Virus record (IMG/VR): IMGVR_UViG_3300025168_000047
Span: 25,423 to 89,422 of that record
Direction: 5' to 3' (one strand)
Source of the DNA: a virus
DNA length: 64,000 bases
The position numbers and the translations under genes were made by a program. The notes under the pieces were generated by a model. The model did not search any database, was not told where the DNA came from, and worked only from the letters and a program-made list of their open reading frames with translations. The first letter of the stretch is position 1. Every line of letters starts with the position of its first letter. Shown one piece after another: positions 47,711 to 57,260 of this stretch.

Positions 47711-48599
47711 TAAGGACAAATATACAGTTGACAAAGATGGCAACATTGTTTCTGAAACAATCATTGCACCATCAACTCTAGAGAACATCGATCAAGCTAT
47801 GTATGAGTGGATCGACAACACCGTTGATATATTCTGCACAACAAACAAAGGTTGGAAGAAATCTCCAGTTATTTGGATGTCAGCAGAACGCTCTCACCAG
47901 ATAAAGAACAGAAAGGAACTTCGCGATGACAATGGCTCACTGATTTTGCCTATCATCTCACTTTCCAGAGCCAGCGTGACTAAAGATCCTTCCAACAAAG
48001 GAATCTTTCAAGCTCACATCCCTCCAAACATAGATGAGCGCGGAGGATCAATTGTTATTAATAGAAGAATTAATCAAGATAAGACTGCAAACTTTGCAAA
48101 TGCCGATACTAAACGTAAAGGTAAGTACGCATCCACGAATACCGGTGCGAGAGATCAAGTTAATTTCGCAAAGAAGAATGAAAAGGTTGTTTATCAAACG
48201 ATGTCTATCCCAATGCCAGTTTATGTTGATATATCATACGAGATAACACTTAGAACAGAGTACCAGCAACAGATGAACGAAATGATCACGCCATTTATTA
48301 CAAAGACAGGAGGTATTAATTACTTTCTTCTAGAAAAGGACGGCCATCGTTATGAAAGCTTTATTGAACAGGACTTCGCCCAAAACAATAATGTGTCCAC
48401 TTTGCAGGTTGATGAGAGAATGTATCAGACTACAGTAAAGGTCAAAGTCCTCGGTTATTTGATAGGCGAAGGCAAGAATCAAGCACAGCCAAAAGTTGTT
48501 ATTCGAGAGAACGCTGTGGAGGTTAAACTTCCACGAGAAAGAGTAATCTATGGCGACATCCCAGAACACACTGATAAGAGCGGATTTTATCGCGATTAG
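47700..48599 (+). CDS. Tail terminator / sheath stabiliser (T4 gp15-like)
   Basis: LPIISLSR, PVYVDISYEITL...QMNEMI; lies between neck and sheath genes. Confidence 0.65.
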   Translation: MAIDKDKYTVDKDGNIVSETIIAPSTLENIDQAMYEWIDNTVDIFCTTNKGWKKSPVIWMSAERSHQIKNRKELRDDNGSLILPIISLSRASVTKDPSNKGIFQAHIPPNIDERGGSIVINRRINQDKTANFANADTKRKGKYASTNTGARDQVNFAKKNEKVVYQTMSIPMPVYVDISYEITLRTEYQQQMNEMITPFITKTGGINYFLLEKDGHRYESFIEQDFAQNNNVSTLQVDERMYQTTVKVKVLGYLIGEGKNQAQPKVVIRENAVEVKLPRERVIYGDIPEHTDKSGFYRD

Positions 48600-48623
48600 T
48601 TTTGGACTTTGGAAAATCAAACA

Positions 48624-48631
48624 ACTATTTA
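48624..48631 (+). promoter_or_regulatory. Candidate late promoter ACTATTTA (sheath)
   Basis: Intergenic, 39 nt before ATG 48671. Confidence 0.7.
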
Positions 48632-48670
48632 CTAGAGCAATTATTATAGTCATAAAGGAGACGTCACAGC

Positions 48671-51600
48671 ATGGCTGAAAAAAAGTTTAAGTTTGTTTCA
48701 CCGGGGATCTTCCTCAGCGAAGTTGATAATTCACAAAACCCCAATGCGGGCACGGCCCCCGGACCAGTGATCATCGGTCGATTTGAGCGCGGCCCCGGAA
48801 TGCGCCCAACAATAGTAAATTCCTTTTCTGAATTTGTAGAAATTTTCGGAAATCCAATCTCAGGTAAAGGAACAACAGACGGCGACGTTTGGAGAAACGG
48901 TAACTACCTTGCTCCTACATACGCTGCTTATGCTGTCCAAGCTTGGTTGAGAAACAACGCTTCTTGTACCGTTATTCGTCTTCTTGGAGCAGAGGATCCC
49001 ACAGCAGTTGCCTCTGGAACAGACGGCGCAGCCAATACCGGCGGAAAAGCTGGTTGGGATATGGGTAATGTCGGTTCATCTGCACCAGACGGAGCATATG
49101 GACTTTTTGTATTTCCAAAGTTTGAGATCCTCTCCACAGCAGCCGCCACTCCACACACTGGAACATTGGCAGCTATCTTTTATGTAAATCACGCCTCTAC
49201 AACATTGGCGCTCACGGGTACAGCAAGATCCACCTCAGGAAAGGTGCCTGCAATGTTCCCAACAGCTTCGCACGGCGCACTTCTTGTTACTTCTAGTGCA
49301 AATGCAAGTGGACAGTTTACAATGGCTGTTGGAACTCAAGCTGAGATCGCAACTGCAAACAGCGTTGGTGCAAAGAAAATTGAGTTCAACTTCAACGAGA
49401 ATTCAGAGAAGTTTATTAGAAAGGTATTTAATACTAATCCTGCAAAGGTTAACTCTAATGCTTACTCAACTACAGAAGCATACTTCTTAGGCGAAACCTT
49501 TGAGCGACAACTTCTCGATCAACAACGTGGTGGCGCAGGTAAGCACGGTGGAGCCGCCGCAGACGGTGGCTTCGGTTTCGGCGTCGGTGAGGCCGGAACA
49601 GGCTTGTCGACACTGAACAACATTGGTGCAGCAGCAATGCTTCCTTTGAAATCTGTTGGTGGAAGTTACGATTGGGCTGATCATACTCGCCCAATGCAAT
49701 CTGGCCGCACAGGCTGGTTTGTAGCTCAACATCAGGGTGCAGCAGCAACTTTCAATGCTCACCAACTTCAAAAATTATTCAGATTACACTCTTTGGAGCC
49801 CGGTGAATGGACACAAAGAAATCTTAAGGTTTCTATCCAAGATATCAAGCCTCCTAAATCGGCAGCACTGGGAGTCCCTCAGTTCTCGACATTTACAGTT
49901 GTAATCAGAAAGATCGACGACAGTGACGCATCCCCTCAACTCGTAGAACGTTTCAGCGGATGTGATCTCAATCCAAATTCTGCAAACTATATTTGTAGAA
50001 AGATTGGTGATAAGTACGTTGAATGGGACAACACAAAAAGAGCATACAGAGAGTACGGAGCTTATAACAATATGTCAAAGTTCGTTACTGTTGAGGTTAA
50101 TGAAGTTGTTTCCAACGGAGACGCAGCAAATCTTATGCCTATGGGTATGTATGGACCACCACGTCCTAAAAAGATCGTTATCGGAACAGGAAGAAACATT
50201 GGTACCGAGTCTTGGGCTCTACACAACACAGGTTCTTTCTTGCCAACACACTTTGAAGGAGTTCAGAGCCCTGCAGCAATTGCAACCGGTGGCGGACTGT
50301 TCCAACTCGGTCTTACGGGTGCCCTGATTTGGCCACAACCAATTCTTCGCCACTCGAATACAGAGGATAATCTTCCAAAGAAGAACGGAGCATACTTCGG
50401 TGTGTCGACTTCTAAATCTGGTTCCGGTATCTTCGCTCCGAGTACAATAGATACTCTGAGAGCACTTCCTGCTGGCGTTGGTACAATGAACAGCGACTCT
50501 TCAAGAATCGTAACTGAAGGCGCAACATACGTTGAACCAGCTTTCATTTTCACGCTTGACAACTTGTCTGCTTCCGCAGATGGTTCCGGAGATGTTAAAT
50601 ATATTTCTGGTTCACGTACGGCTGGTCTTTCATTGACAGCCGTGAGTGGAACAAATGCTGTTCTTACCGGTAGTAGTCTCACCTACAACCGATTTACAAC
50701 TCTTTTCCACGGTGGGTTCGATGGCCTCGATGTTACAGAGAAAGATCCATTCAGAAATACAAGATTGGATGATAGTTCGGATGCTAAAGCAAACTATACT
50801 CTTTTCTCGGCACTTAGAGCTATCGATACTGCAAGAGACCCAGAATACGTTGAGTGTAACTTGATGACCATTCCGGGTATCACAAACAGCACTGTTACAG
50901 ATCATGTAATCGATATTTGCGAAGAAAGAGCAGACGCTCTCGCAATCATCGACTTGGAAGATGACTACGTGCCAGCACACGAAAGCACAGACACTGAGGC
51001 TACTCGTAAGCCAGATGTTGATACAGCAGTGCAAAAATTAAAGAATCGCCAGATTAACTCAAGTTATGGTGCAGCGTATTATCCGTTTGTACAGATTAGA
51101 GATTCTTTGGCTAATCAGTTATTGTTCGTCCCACCTTCAGTAGTAGGTTTGGGTACTCTCTCATACAGCGAATCAGTTCGCGACGTATGGTTTGCACCAG
51201 CCGGCTTCACACGCGGTGGACTTAGTGACGGTAAGATCGGTTTCCCAGTTGTCGGTGTAAAGCACCAGTTGACTTCTGACGAAAGAGATAAGCTTTATGA
51301 AGTAAACATTAACCCAATCGCTTCTTTCCCTGCAGAGGGTATCGTAGTGTTCGGTCAAAAGACACTTCAGGTTTCAGAATCCGCACTTAATCGAATTAAC
51401 GTACGCAGACTCTTGATCTTCCTTAAGAGAGAGATTTCTAGAGTTGCAGCAACCACATTGTTCGAACAGAATGTAAGAGCAACATGGAACGGCTTCTCTG
51501 CTCGCGTTGAGAGCATTTTGAATGACGTCAAGTCTCGCTTGGGCTTGGCTGACTTTAAGGTTGTGTTGGATGAAACAACCACCACACCAGATCTGGTAGA

Positions 51601-51706
51601 CAGAAACATTATGTACGCAAAAGTGTTCTTGAAACCAGTGCAAGCAATTGAATTTATCGCACTTGATTTTGTAATCACAGATTCCGGGGCTTCATTCGCA
51701 GATTAA
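48671..51706 (+). CDS. Contractile tail sheath protein (T4 gp18-like)
   Basis: FVSPGIFLSEVD, GRFERGP, WFAPAGFTRG, LYEVNINPI, FGQKTLQ, RINVRRLL, IEFIALDF. Confidence 0.95.
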   Translation: MAEKKFKFVSPGIFLSEVDNSQNPNAGTAPGPVIIGRFERGPGMRPTIVNSFSEFVEIFGNPISGKGTTDGDVWRNGNYLAPTYAAYAVQAWLRNNASCTVIRLLGAEDPTAVASGTDGAANTGGKAGWDMGNVGSSAPDGAYGLFVFPKFEILSTAAATPHTGTLAAIFYVNHASTTLALTGTARSTSGKVPAMFPTASHGALLVTSSANASGQFTMAVGTQAEIATANSVGAKKIEFNFNENSEKFIRKVFNTNPAKVNSNAYSTTEAYFLGETFERQLLDQQRGGAGKHGGAAADGGFGFGVGEAGTGLSTLNNIGAAAMLPLKSVGGSYDWADHTRPMQSGRTGWFVAQHQGAAATFNAHQLQKLFRLHSLEPGEWTQRNLKVSIQDIKPPKSAALGVPQFSTFTVVIRKIDDSDASPQLVERFSGCDLNPNSANYICRKIGDKYVEWDNTKRAYREYGAYNNMSKFVTVEVNEVVSNGDAANLMPMGMYGPPRPKKIVIGTGRNIGTESWALHNTGSFLPTHFEGVQSPAAIATGGGLFQLGLTGALIWPQPILRHSNTEDNLPKKNGAYFGVSTSKSGSGIFAPSTIDTLRALPAGVGTMNSDSSRIVTEGATYVEPAFIFTLDNLSASADGSGDVKYISGSRTAGLSLTAVSGTNAVLTGSSLTYNRFTTLFHGGFDGLDVTEKDPFRNTRLDDSSDAKANYTLFSALRAIDTARDPEYVECNLMTIPGITNSTVTDHVIDICEERADALAIIDLEDDYVPAHESTDTEATRKPDVDTAVQKLKNRQINSSYGAAYYPFVQIRDSLANQLLFVPPSVVGLGTLSYSESVRDVWFAPAGFTRGGLSDGKIGFPVVGVKHQLTSDERDKLYEVNINPIASFPAEGIVVFGQKTLQVSESALNRINVRRLLIFLKREISRVAATTLFEQNVRATWNGFSARVESILNDVKSRLGLADFKVVLDETTTTPDLVDRNIMYAKVFLKPVQAIEFIALDFVITDSGASFAD

Positions 51707-51729
51707 TAAAGATAATTTATAGCATAACT

Positions 51730-51737
51730 ACTATTTA
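51730..51737 (+). promoter_or_regulatory. Candidate late promoter ACTATTTA (tube)
   Basis: Intergenic, 23 nt before ATG 51761. Confidence 0.7.
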
Positions 51738-51760
51738 GTACAACAGGAGAAAATAAAAAA

Positions 51761-52312
51761 ATGGGCAGTGATCAATTCTGGAATTCAACAAGCATAGAGC
51801 CAAAGCGTCAGCATAAATGGCTTGTATACTTGCATAATTCAAACATTCCATCTTATGTTGCAAGAAAGGTAGATAAGCCAAGCTTTTCCATCAACGAGCA
51901 ACAGCATAAATATTTTGGACATACTTTTAAGTATCCCGGACAAGTAACTTGGGATGATATCACTATGACCCTCGTTGATCCAATCGACCCAAATGTAAGC
52001 GACAAGCTTCAGGACGTATTGATAAACTCCGGATATCGCACTCCAGATAACCGCACAAACAACGCTCTCTATACTGTCTCTAAAGACTCTTCTGTAAAGG
52101 CTCTAGGCCCTATTGTACGAATTGAGCAGTATGGCACGCAACCCGGTATTGGCGCAAGCTCCGGCGAACCTTATCTTATTGAGGCGTGGCAAGTCTTCAA
52201 TCCTTGGATTAAAGATGTAAAGTTTGGTGAATTAACCTACGAAGATGACGGAATTGTCACTGTAGACTTAACAATTGCTTTCGATTGGGCTAAACTAGTA
52301 GACGTCAAATAA
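51761..52312 (+). CDS. Tail tube protein (T4 gp19-like)
   Basis: EPKRQHKW, KP.F, YPGQVTWDDITMTLVD, WIKDVKFGELTY, LTIAFDWA; follows sheath. Confidence 0.88.
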   Translation: MGSDQFWNSTSIEPKRQHKWLVYLHNSNIPSYVARKVDKPSFSINEQQHKYFGHTFKYPGQVTWDDITMTLVDPIDPNVSDKLQDVLINSGYRTPDNRTNNALYTVSKDSSVKALGPIVRIEQYGTQPGIGASSGEPYLIEAWQVFNPWIKDVKFGELTYEDDGIVTVDLTIAFDWAKLVDVK

Positions 52313-52327
52313 AAACTGAGGTGAAAA

Positions 52328-53170
52328 ATGGCTAGAAATAACGAGGACCGCTTGGGTACACCCGCCCCTGCTCCGCCAAACGTTATGGAAACTTCGAACA
52401 ACACTGCAGGAGATCAAATGTTTTCTTTTGTTACTCCCACTGAGTTTGTCGAACTTCCTTCAAAGGGTAAGTTTTATTCGGAAGGACATCCTTTACATAA
52501 TGTAGATACAGTCGAGATCCGATATATGACAGCTAAGGACGAAGATACTTTAACTTCACCTGCGCTGTTAAAAAAAGGAATTGCAATTGAGAGACTTTTA
52601 AAGAATGTTATTATCGATAAAAGTATTAATACTGATGACCTTTTAGTTGGAGATAAGAATGCAATCTTGGTTGCAACTAGAATCTCTGGCTATGGAGCAG
52701 GATATACAGCAAAGGTAACATGTACATCTTGTGCTACTTCTACGGACTATACTTTTGATCTTAACGAGGTCGACCAGAGTCTCCCTGAAGAGTTAGAGGT
52801 AAACGATGATGGCCTCTTCAACCTTAAACTACCTAAGATGGATGTTATGGTTGGCCTGAGTCTTATGACAGGTGCTGATGAAAAGCGATTAGTTAAGTTA
52901 GCAGAGAACCGAAAGAAGAAGGGTCTTCCAGAAGCTGTATTAACAGACCAATTCAGGATGATCATTCGATCAGTTAACGGCAGTCAAAACAACGAGCATA
53001 TCAATGCTCTAATTGAAAACATGCCAGCAACAGATTCAAGATACCTGCGAACTGCATATGCAGAGTTATCACCAAATGTGGACCTTACTCAAGATTTTGA
53101 ATGTCCAGAATGTAACATGCAGGAGGAGGTCATTATTCCGTTTACGACGGAGTTTTTTTGGCCTAAGTGA
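52328..53170 (+). CDS. Tail assembly chaperone / T4 gp26-like hub assembly protein
   Basis: VELPSKG, MTAKDEDTL, LLVGDKNAILVATRISGYG, CTSC and CPEC; ends at a U7 run (EFFWPK). Confidence 0.7.
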   Translation: MARNNEDRLGTPAPAPPNVMETSNNTAGDQMFSFVTPTEFVELPSKGKFYSEGHPLHNVDTVEIRYMTAKDEDTLTSPALLKKGIAIERLLKNVIIDKSINTDDLLVGDKNAILVATRISGYGAGYTAKVTCTSCATSTDYTFDLNEVDQSLPEELEVNDDGLFNLKLPKMDVMVGLSLMTGADEKRLVKLAENRKKKGLPEAVLTDQFRMIIRSVNGSQNNEHINALIENMPATDSRYLRTAYAELSPNVDLTQDFECPECNMQEEVIIPFTTEFFWPK

Positions 53171-53342
53171 GAAGTATGCTAAAAACCTATATGAGCAGTT
53201 TTTCTTTCTGAAATACCATGGAGGCTGGAGTTTCGCAGAAGCTTACAGTTTACCTGTCCGATTAAGAAACTGGTTTGCAGATAGACTTGTCAGCCAGATC
53301 GAAAAAGAGAATGAAGCTTTAAAGGATGCTAAACATAGGTAA
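53151..53342 (+). CDS. Putative frameshift extension of the tail chaperone
   Basis: Overlapping frame FFGLSEKY...GGWSFAEAYSLPVRLRNWF with no ATG or RBS of its own near the junction; reached by a +1/-2 shift at T7. Confidence 0.6.
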   Translation, partial: SFFGLSEKYAKNLYEQFFFLKYHGGWSFAEAYSLPVRLRNWFADRLVSQIEKENEALKDAKHR

Positions 53343-53356
53343 AACATATTCTATAA

Positions 53357-53364
53357 ACTAATTA
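53357..53364 (+). promoter_or_regulatory. Candidate late promoter ACTAATTA
   Basis: Intergenic, 24 nt before ATG 53389. Confidence 0.55.
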
Positions 53365-53388
53365 CAATGATTAGAGAGAGTTGCGCAT

Positions 53389-53733
53389 ATGCAAAATATT
53401 AATGAAGAAGAGTTAGACCAAGTTATCGATTTAGGATTGAACCGTAAAGGCGAACTAAATGAGAGCGCCCTGAGAATGTTGGGTGCAAGAATTAAGCTTG
53501 CTTTAGAGAGAATGTTCACTCCTATTACGGCTGGCGTCTCAAAGTTAAAGGTCAAGGGAAGTCGAAAAGAGATCGACTCCTTCTTCTCCGCACTTAAGTC
53601 AGAGAAGAAGTTTATGGATGCTTATACAAAATACGGATTGGATGATCCTAGAACAGCAAAGAACGCTGTCTCTCTCCGCCGTGCAACATCTGGATTTCAA
53701 AGTGCTACTGGAATAAAATGGCCTTTTAAGTAA
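53389..53733 (+). CDS. Hypothetical protein before the tape measure gene
   Basis: Clean ORF; INE/LNE sites near the N-terminus; ends TGIKWPFK. Confidence 0.55.
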   Translation: MQNINEEELDQVIDLGLNRKGELNESALRMLGARIKLALERMFTPITAGVSKLKVKGSRKEIDSFFSALKSEKKFMDAYTKYGLDDPRTAKNAVSLRRATSGFQSATGIKWPFK

Positions 53734-53746
53734 GGGGGGTTTGTAA

Positions 53747-55936
53747 GTGGCAAATGAAAAAGACATCAATCTCCAAGAAAGGCTAAATAAGCTTCTTCAA
53801 CAGAAGGCGGGTTTAATCAAACAAATTGCTGATGCTGAGGCAAAACAGTCTGCTAAAGCCGGCGAGTATGTAACTAAAACACAGAAGGCAATGAAGGTGG
53901 CTCAAGATAGAGCCGCTCTTGCCGAAAAGATTCTTGAGTTCGAAGAGATGTCAATTGATGAGCGCAACAAAGACCTTGCTAACGAAGGAAAAAGAATTGC
54001 AAACTTGAAAGCGAGAAACCTGCTTACGAAAGAAGAGGCTGATCTACAAGAACAGATTCTACTTGCAAAAACTCAGATCGCTCAGAACGAAAAAGATGTG
54101 ACTGACGAGATGAAGCAACAACTTCAGCTTGCAATCGATTTAAAAGATAAGAAAGAAGAGCAAAAAGACGCCGCTGACGAAGAAAAGGCAAATCTCCTTA
54201 GCAATCTTGATACTTTGGGAGGCATGGTTGGTCTAACCAGTACTCAAACTACTCTTTTTGGGAAAATGGGAAGCTCTGTTAAGAGTATTGGAAAGTTACT
54301 TTCAAATTCTGAAACAGATATGGCTGATATGGCTAAGAACGCAGCAAAGCTCGGAGGAGACTTAGCCTTAGGTACAGTCATCGCCAGATCAGAAGAACTC
54401 TTTACTCTTCAAGATGGCATAATTGCAAATTTCCGAGCAACAACCGGCGCATCAGCCCAGACAGCAACCGCAATTGCCGGCGCTTCAAACGAATTGCGTC
54501 AGATGGGTTTAGATATGACCTCTGCCGGCGTAGCTGGTGAAGCTTTATATAATAGTGTAACGGCTTTTAGAACAGCCACTCCAGAAGCCCAAAGAGAAGC
54601 AGCCGCATTTACTGGATTGTTGGTGGAACTCAACATTGATGCCAACACCGCAGCCGATGCAATGCAAACATTGACTATGGGAATGGGCCAGAGCTTATCT
54701 CAAGCTCAGGCGACGACCGAAGAGTTATTGCATTTTGCGAATTCTATTGATGTTAATGTTAACGAGGCTTTAGACAACTTTGCTAGACACTCTGACGAAT
54801 TAGTTGCTCACGGTGGCGATGTGGTGGCTGTATTTAAGCAATTACAAACTCAATCTCGCTTAACAGGAATTTCTATGGATTCTTTGATGTCCGTCGCCGG
54901 CCAATTTGATACCTTTGAAGGTGCAGCTAGTGCAGTTGGTAGATTAAATGGTATTCTCGGTGGTCCTTATTTAAATTCTATTGAAATGGTTTATATGACT
55001 GAGGCCGAGAGATTAGAAGCGATGAAACAGACTCTCGAAATGTCCGGACGCTCTTTTGATAGCTTAAGCAGGTACGAGAAAAAAGCTCTTGCAGCAGCCG
55101 GAAGCTTTACAAGTGTCGGAGAGGCCCAGCAATTCTTTAACAGCCAATTGGATGATCCTAAAACAATTGAAGCAAAGCGTCGTCAAGAGAGCCTTACAGA
55201 TCAAGCTCGTAAAATGAAACCTATAATGGAAAGACTCAGCTTGGCGATGAATAAGTTTGCATTTAGCATGGAACCTGTTATTAATTTTGCCAGCAGGCTT
55301 GTAGAAGGCTTTGCGGATATGAGCACCGGCGGAAAGGTCTTCGCTGGTGTGTTATTTATAGGGATACCGATGGTCTTAAAAATGACGAAAGCTTTAATGG
55401 GGCTAAGGCTTATGATGTTGCAAACCGCAGCCGCACAAGCAACCCTCGGAGCGGCCAAAGGATTGGGCGCACTCGGTATGTTGGGGTTAGGAGCAGCCGG
55501 AATCTTAGGCGGTGGATTGCTTGCAGCCGGAATCTATGGAGTCTCTCAGATGTTCGCTAATGGAACCGACTCAGCACCAATGACCGGCGCAGCCCTTATG
55601 GGAGAGAAAGGCCCAGAACTTTTGGTTGGTTCCTCTGGATCTAGAATGGTCGGAGCGTCTGGCCCCGCGATTAGCGGAATCAATAAAGGCGACAGAGTTA
55701 TCACTAATGCAAACCTTAAGAAAGGTCTTGGCGGAGGTGGCCCAACCGTTGGAGCTATGAAGGCTGCTTTCAAACAAGCATTGCAAGAAATCAACAGCGA
55801 ACAAGCTGCCGGCCAAAAGAAAGTGCAAACAGGTACTGTGCCTGTTGTTATGCAGGTTAATAACAGAGAGTTAGGAAGAGTTGTCTTAAAGATTATCGAG
55901 GATTCAAATTCCATAAAACTTTCTCCATCGACCTAG
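53747..55936 (+). CDS. Tape measure protein
   Basis: GTG start; long Ala-rich helical body, hydrophobic Gly-rich segments, C-terminal FANG...MGEKGPELLV and VNNRELGRVV motifs; synteny after tube and chaperone. Confidence 0.8.
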   Translation: MANEKDINLQERLNKLLQQKAGLIKQIADAEAKQSAKAGEYVTKTQKAMKVAQDRAALAEKILEFEEMSIDERNKDLANEGKRIANLKARNLLTKEEADLQEQILLAKTQIAQNEKDVTDEMKQQLQLAIDLKDKKEEQKDAADEEKANLLSNLDTLGGMVGLTSTQTTLFGKMGSSVKSIGKLLSNSETDMADMAKNAAKLGGDLALGTVIARSEELFTLQDGIIANFRATTGASAQTATAIAGASNELRQMGLDMTSAGVAGEALYNSVTAFRTATPEAQREAAAFTGLLVELNIDANTAADAMQTLTMGMGQSLSQAQATTEELLHFANSIDVNVNEALDNFARHSDELVAHGGDVVAVFKQLQTQSRLTGISMDSLMSVAGQFDTFEGAASAVGRLNGILGGPYLNSIEMVYMTEAERLEAMKQTLEMSGRSFDSLSRYEKKALAAAGSFTSVGEAQQFFNSQLDDPKTIEAKRRQESLTDQARKMKPIMERLSLAMNKFAFSMEPVINFASRLVEGFADMSTGGKVFAGVLFIGIPMVLKMTKALMGLRLMMLQTAAAQATLGAAKGLGALGMLGLGAAGILGGGLLAAGIYGVSQMFANGTDSAPMTGAALMGEKGPELLVGSSGSRMVGASGPAISGINKGDRVITNANLKKGLGGGGPTVGAMKAAFKQALQEINSEQAAGQKKVQTGTVPVVMQVNNRELGRVVLKIIEDSNSIKLSPST

Positions 55937-55960
55937 TTATAAACAACGGAAGAAAAAACT

Positions 55961-56881
55961 ATGGCTCCAGATCGCAACGACAAAGACTCTATATTGGGTA
56001 AATCATATTTTAATTATGGTGGAGTCCCGTCTAATTTGAACACAAAGGGGTCAGGCCCTTTATATGACGCCACAAACACCTTGGCCAATCATTTAGGATT
56101 ATATGTTGATATCCATGCACGCCATTGTAATGTTAGAGTTGCTTTTAAAGCTTTTATGACAGCGTTTGAAGACACGGTTGACTTGAACTTTGAAGACGAG
56201 CCACAAATGGGTGCGATTACAAAGCCAAAAAACTTTAAGGGAGTTGCTCGACAACTTTCTATCGGATTAAAACTACCAGCAGCAAATGTTGATGAGGCTA
56301 GGATGAACTTAAGAAATGTATCATTGCTAGTTAAATCTTTGCACCCCGTTCAAGAGCTTGAGTTCGATCCTTCCACCGGTCGTATGGTGAGAGCGCAGGC
56401 TCCAACGTCTGTCCCTTACTTTAGTATTAGATTCTTAAACCTTTTGGTGGACGGCAACATGGAAAAGCCAGACTTCGCCAGTGCCGCAATGAGCGGCCTG
56501 ACCGGATATATGGACGATGTTAAATATTCTTTAGTTATGGACGATGATGGCGGTGGGTTCCTTGCTGACAGAGGCAACAACGGCACCAAGGCATTCACTC
56601 AGCATGTTTATCCAAAATTAATAACTTTGAATTTTGTATTTTATCCTTACTTTACTGTAGATCCTGCTTGGTCTATACAATCGGGTAAAGAAGGTATCTC
56701 ACCAGAAGACGGAACATATTTCTTTGGTCCCAATAACTATCCTTACCAATATGAGTCTTCTAGAAATACACAAGGTAATACAATCATCAATGCATCTACT
56801 AATATAAACAGCAATGATACAATAAGTGAAGCTGATAAAGCAAGAATAAACAGAGCTTTTCATTCAGGTCGTAGGAAATAA
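55961..56881 (+). CDS. Putative tail-tube initiator / baseplate protein
   Basis: VAFKAFMTAFED...RQLSIGLKL tube-like pattern directly after the tape measure gene; CCTAGTTA upstream. Confidence 0.5.
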   Translation: MAPDRNDKDSILGKSYFNYGGVPSNLNTKGSGPLYDATNTLANHLGLYVDIHARHCNVRVAFKAFMTAFEDTVDLNFEDEPQMGAITKPKNFKGVARQLSIGLKLPAANVDEARMNLRNVSLLVKSLHPVQELEFDPSTGRMVRAQAPTSVPYFSIRFLNLLVDGNMEKPDFASAAMSGLTGYMDDVKYSLVMDDDGGGFLADRGNNGTKAFTQHVYPKLITLNFVFYPYFTVDPAWSIQSGKEGISPEDGTYFFGPNNYPYQYESSRNTQGNTIINASTNINSNDTISEADKARINRAFHSGRRK

Positions 56882-56886
56882 TTAAT

Positions 56887-57249
56887 ATGTCATTTAGATA
56901 CAACAATAGACCATTTTTTAAAAACGCCGATGTACGTCGCGACGATTTTTTAAACTCTGATCAAAAATCTCACAACAGCAATCCTTTAAATAATACTGAG
57001 ATTGTACAATACGTAACACCAATTATCGAACATCCAACTGAAGAGGACTTCAGGCATATAAATTCTCAAAGTTATGTTTGGCAATACGGTGATAAATTTT
57101 GGAAAGTGGCAACTAAATTTTATGGCATGCCGACTGTTTGGTGGATAATCCCGTGGTTCAATAAAAAACCCTTAGAAGCTGATTATAAGCCGGGAGACGT
57201 TATCGAAATCCCTTTTCCGCTTTCAGATTTATATCAATATTTTCAGTAA
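56887..57249 (+). CDS. LysM-like baseplate wedge protein (gp53/tail X-like)
   Basis: YVWQYGDKFWKVATKFYG...WWIIPWFN...PGDVIEIP. Confidence 0.7.
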   Translation: MSFRYNNRPFFKNADVRRDDFLNSDQKSHNSNPLNNTEIVQYVTPIIEHPTEEDFRHINSQSYVWQYGDKFWKVATKFYGMPTVWWIIPWFNKKPLEADYKPGDVIEIPFPLSDLYQYFQ

Positions 57250-57260
57250 AGGACTTATAG

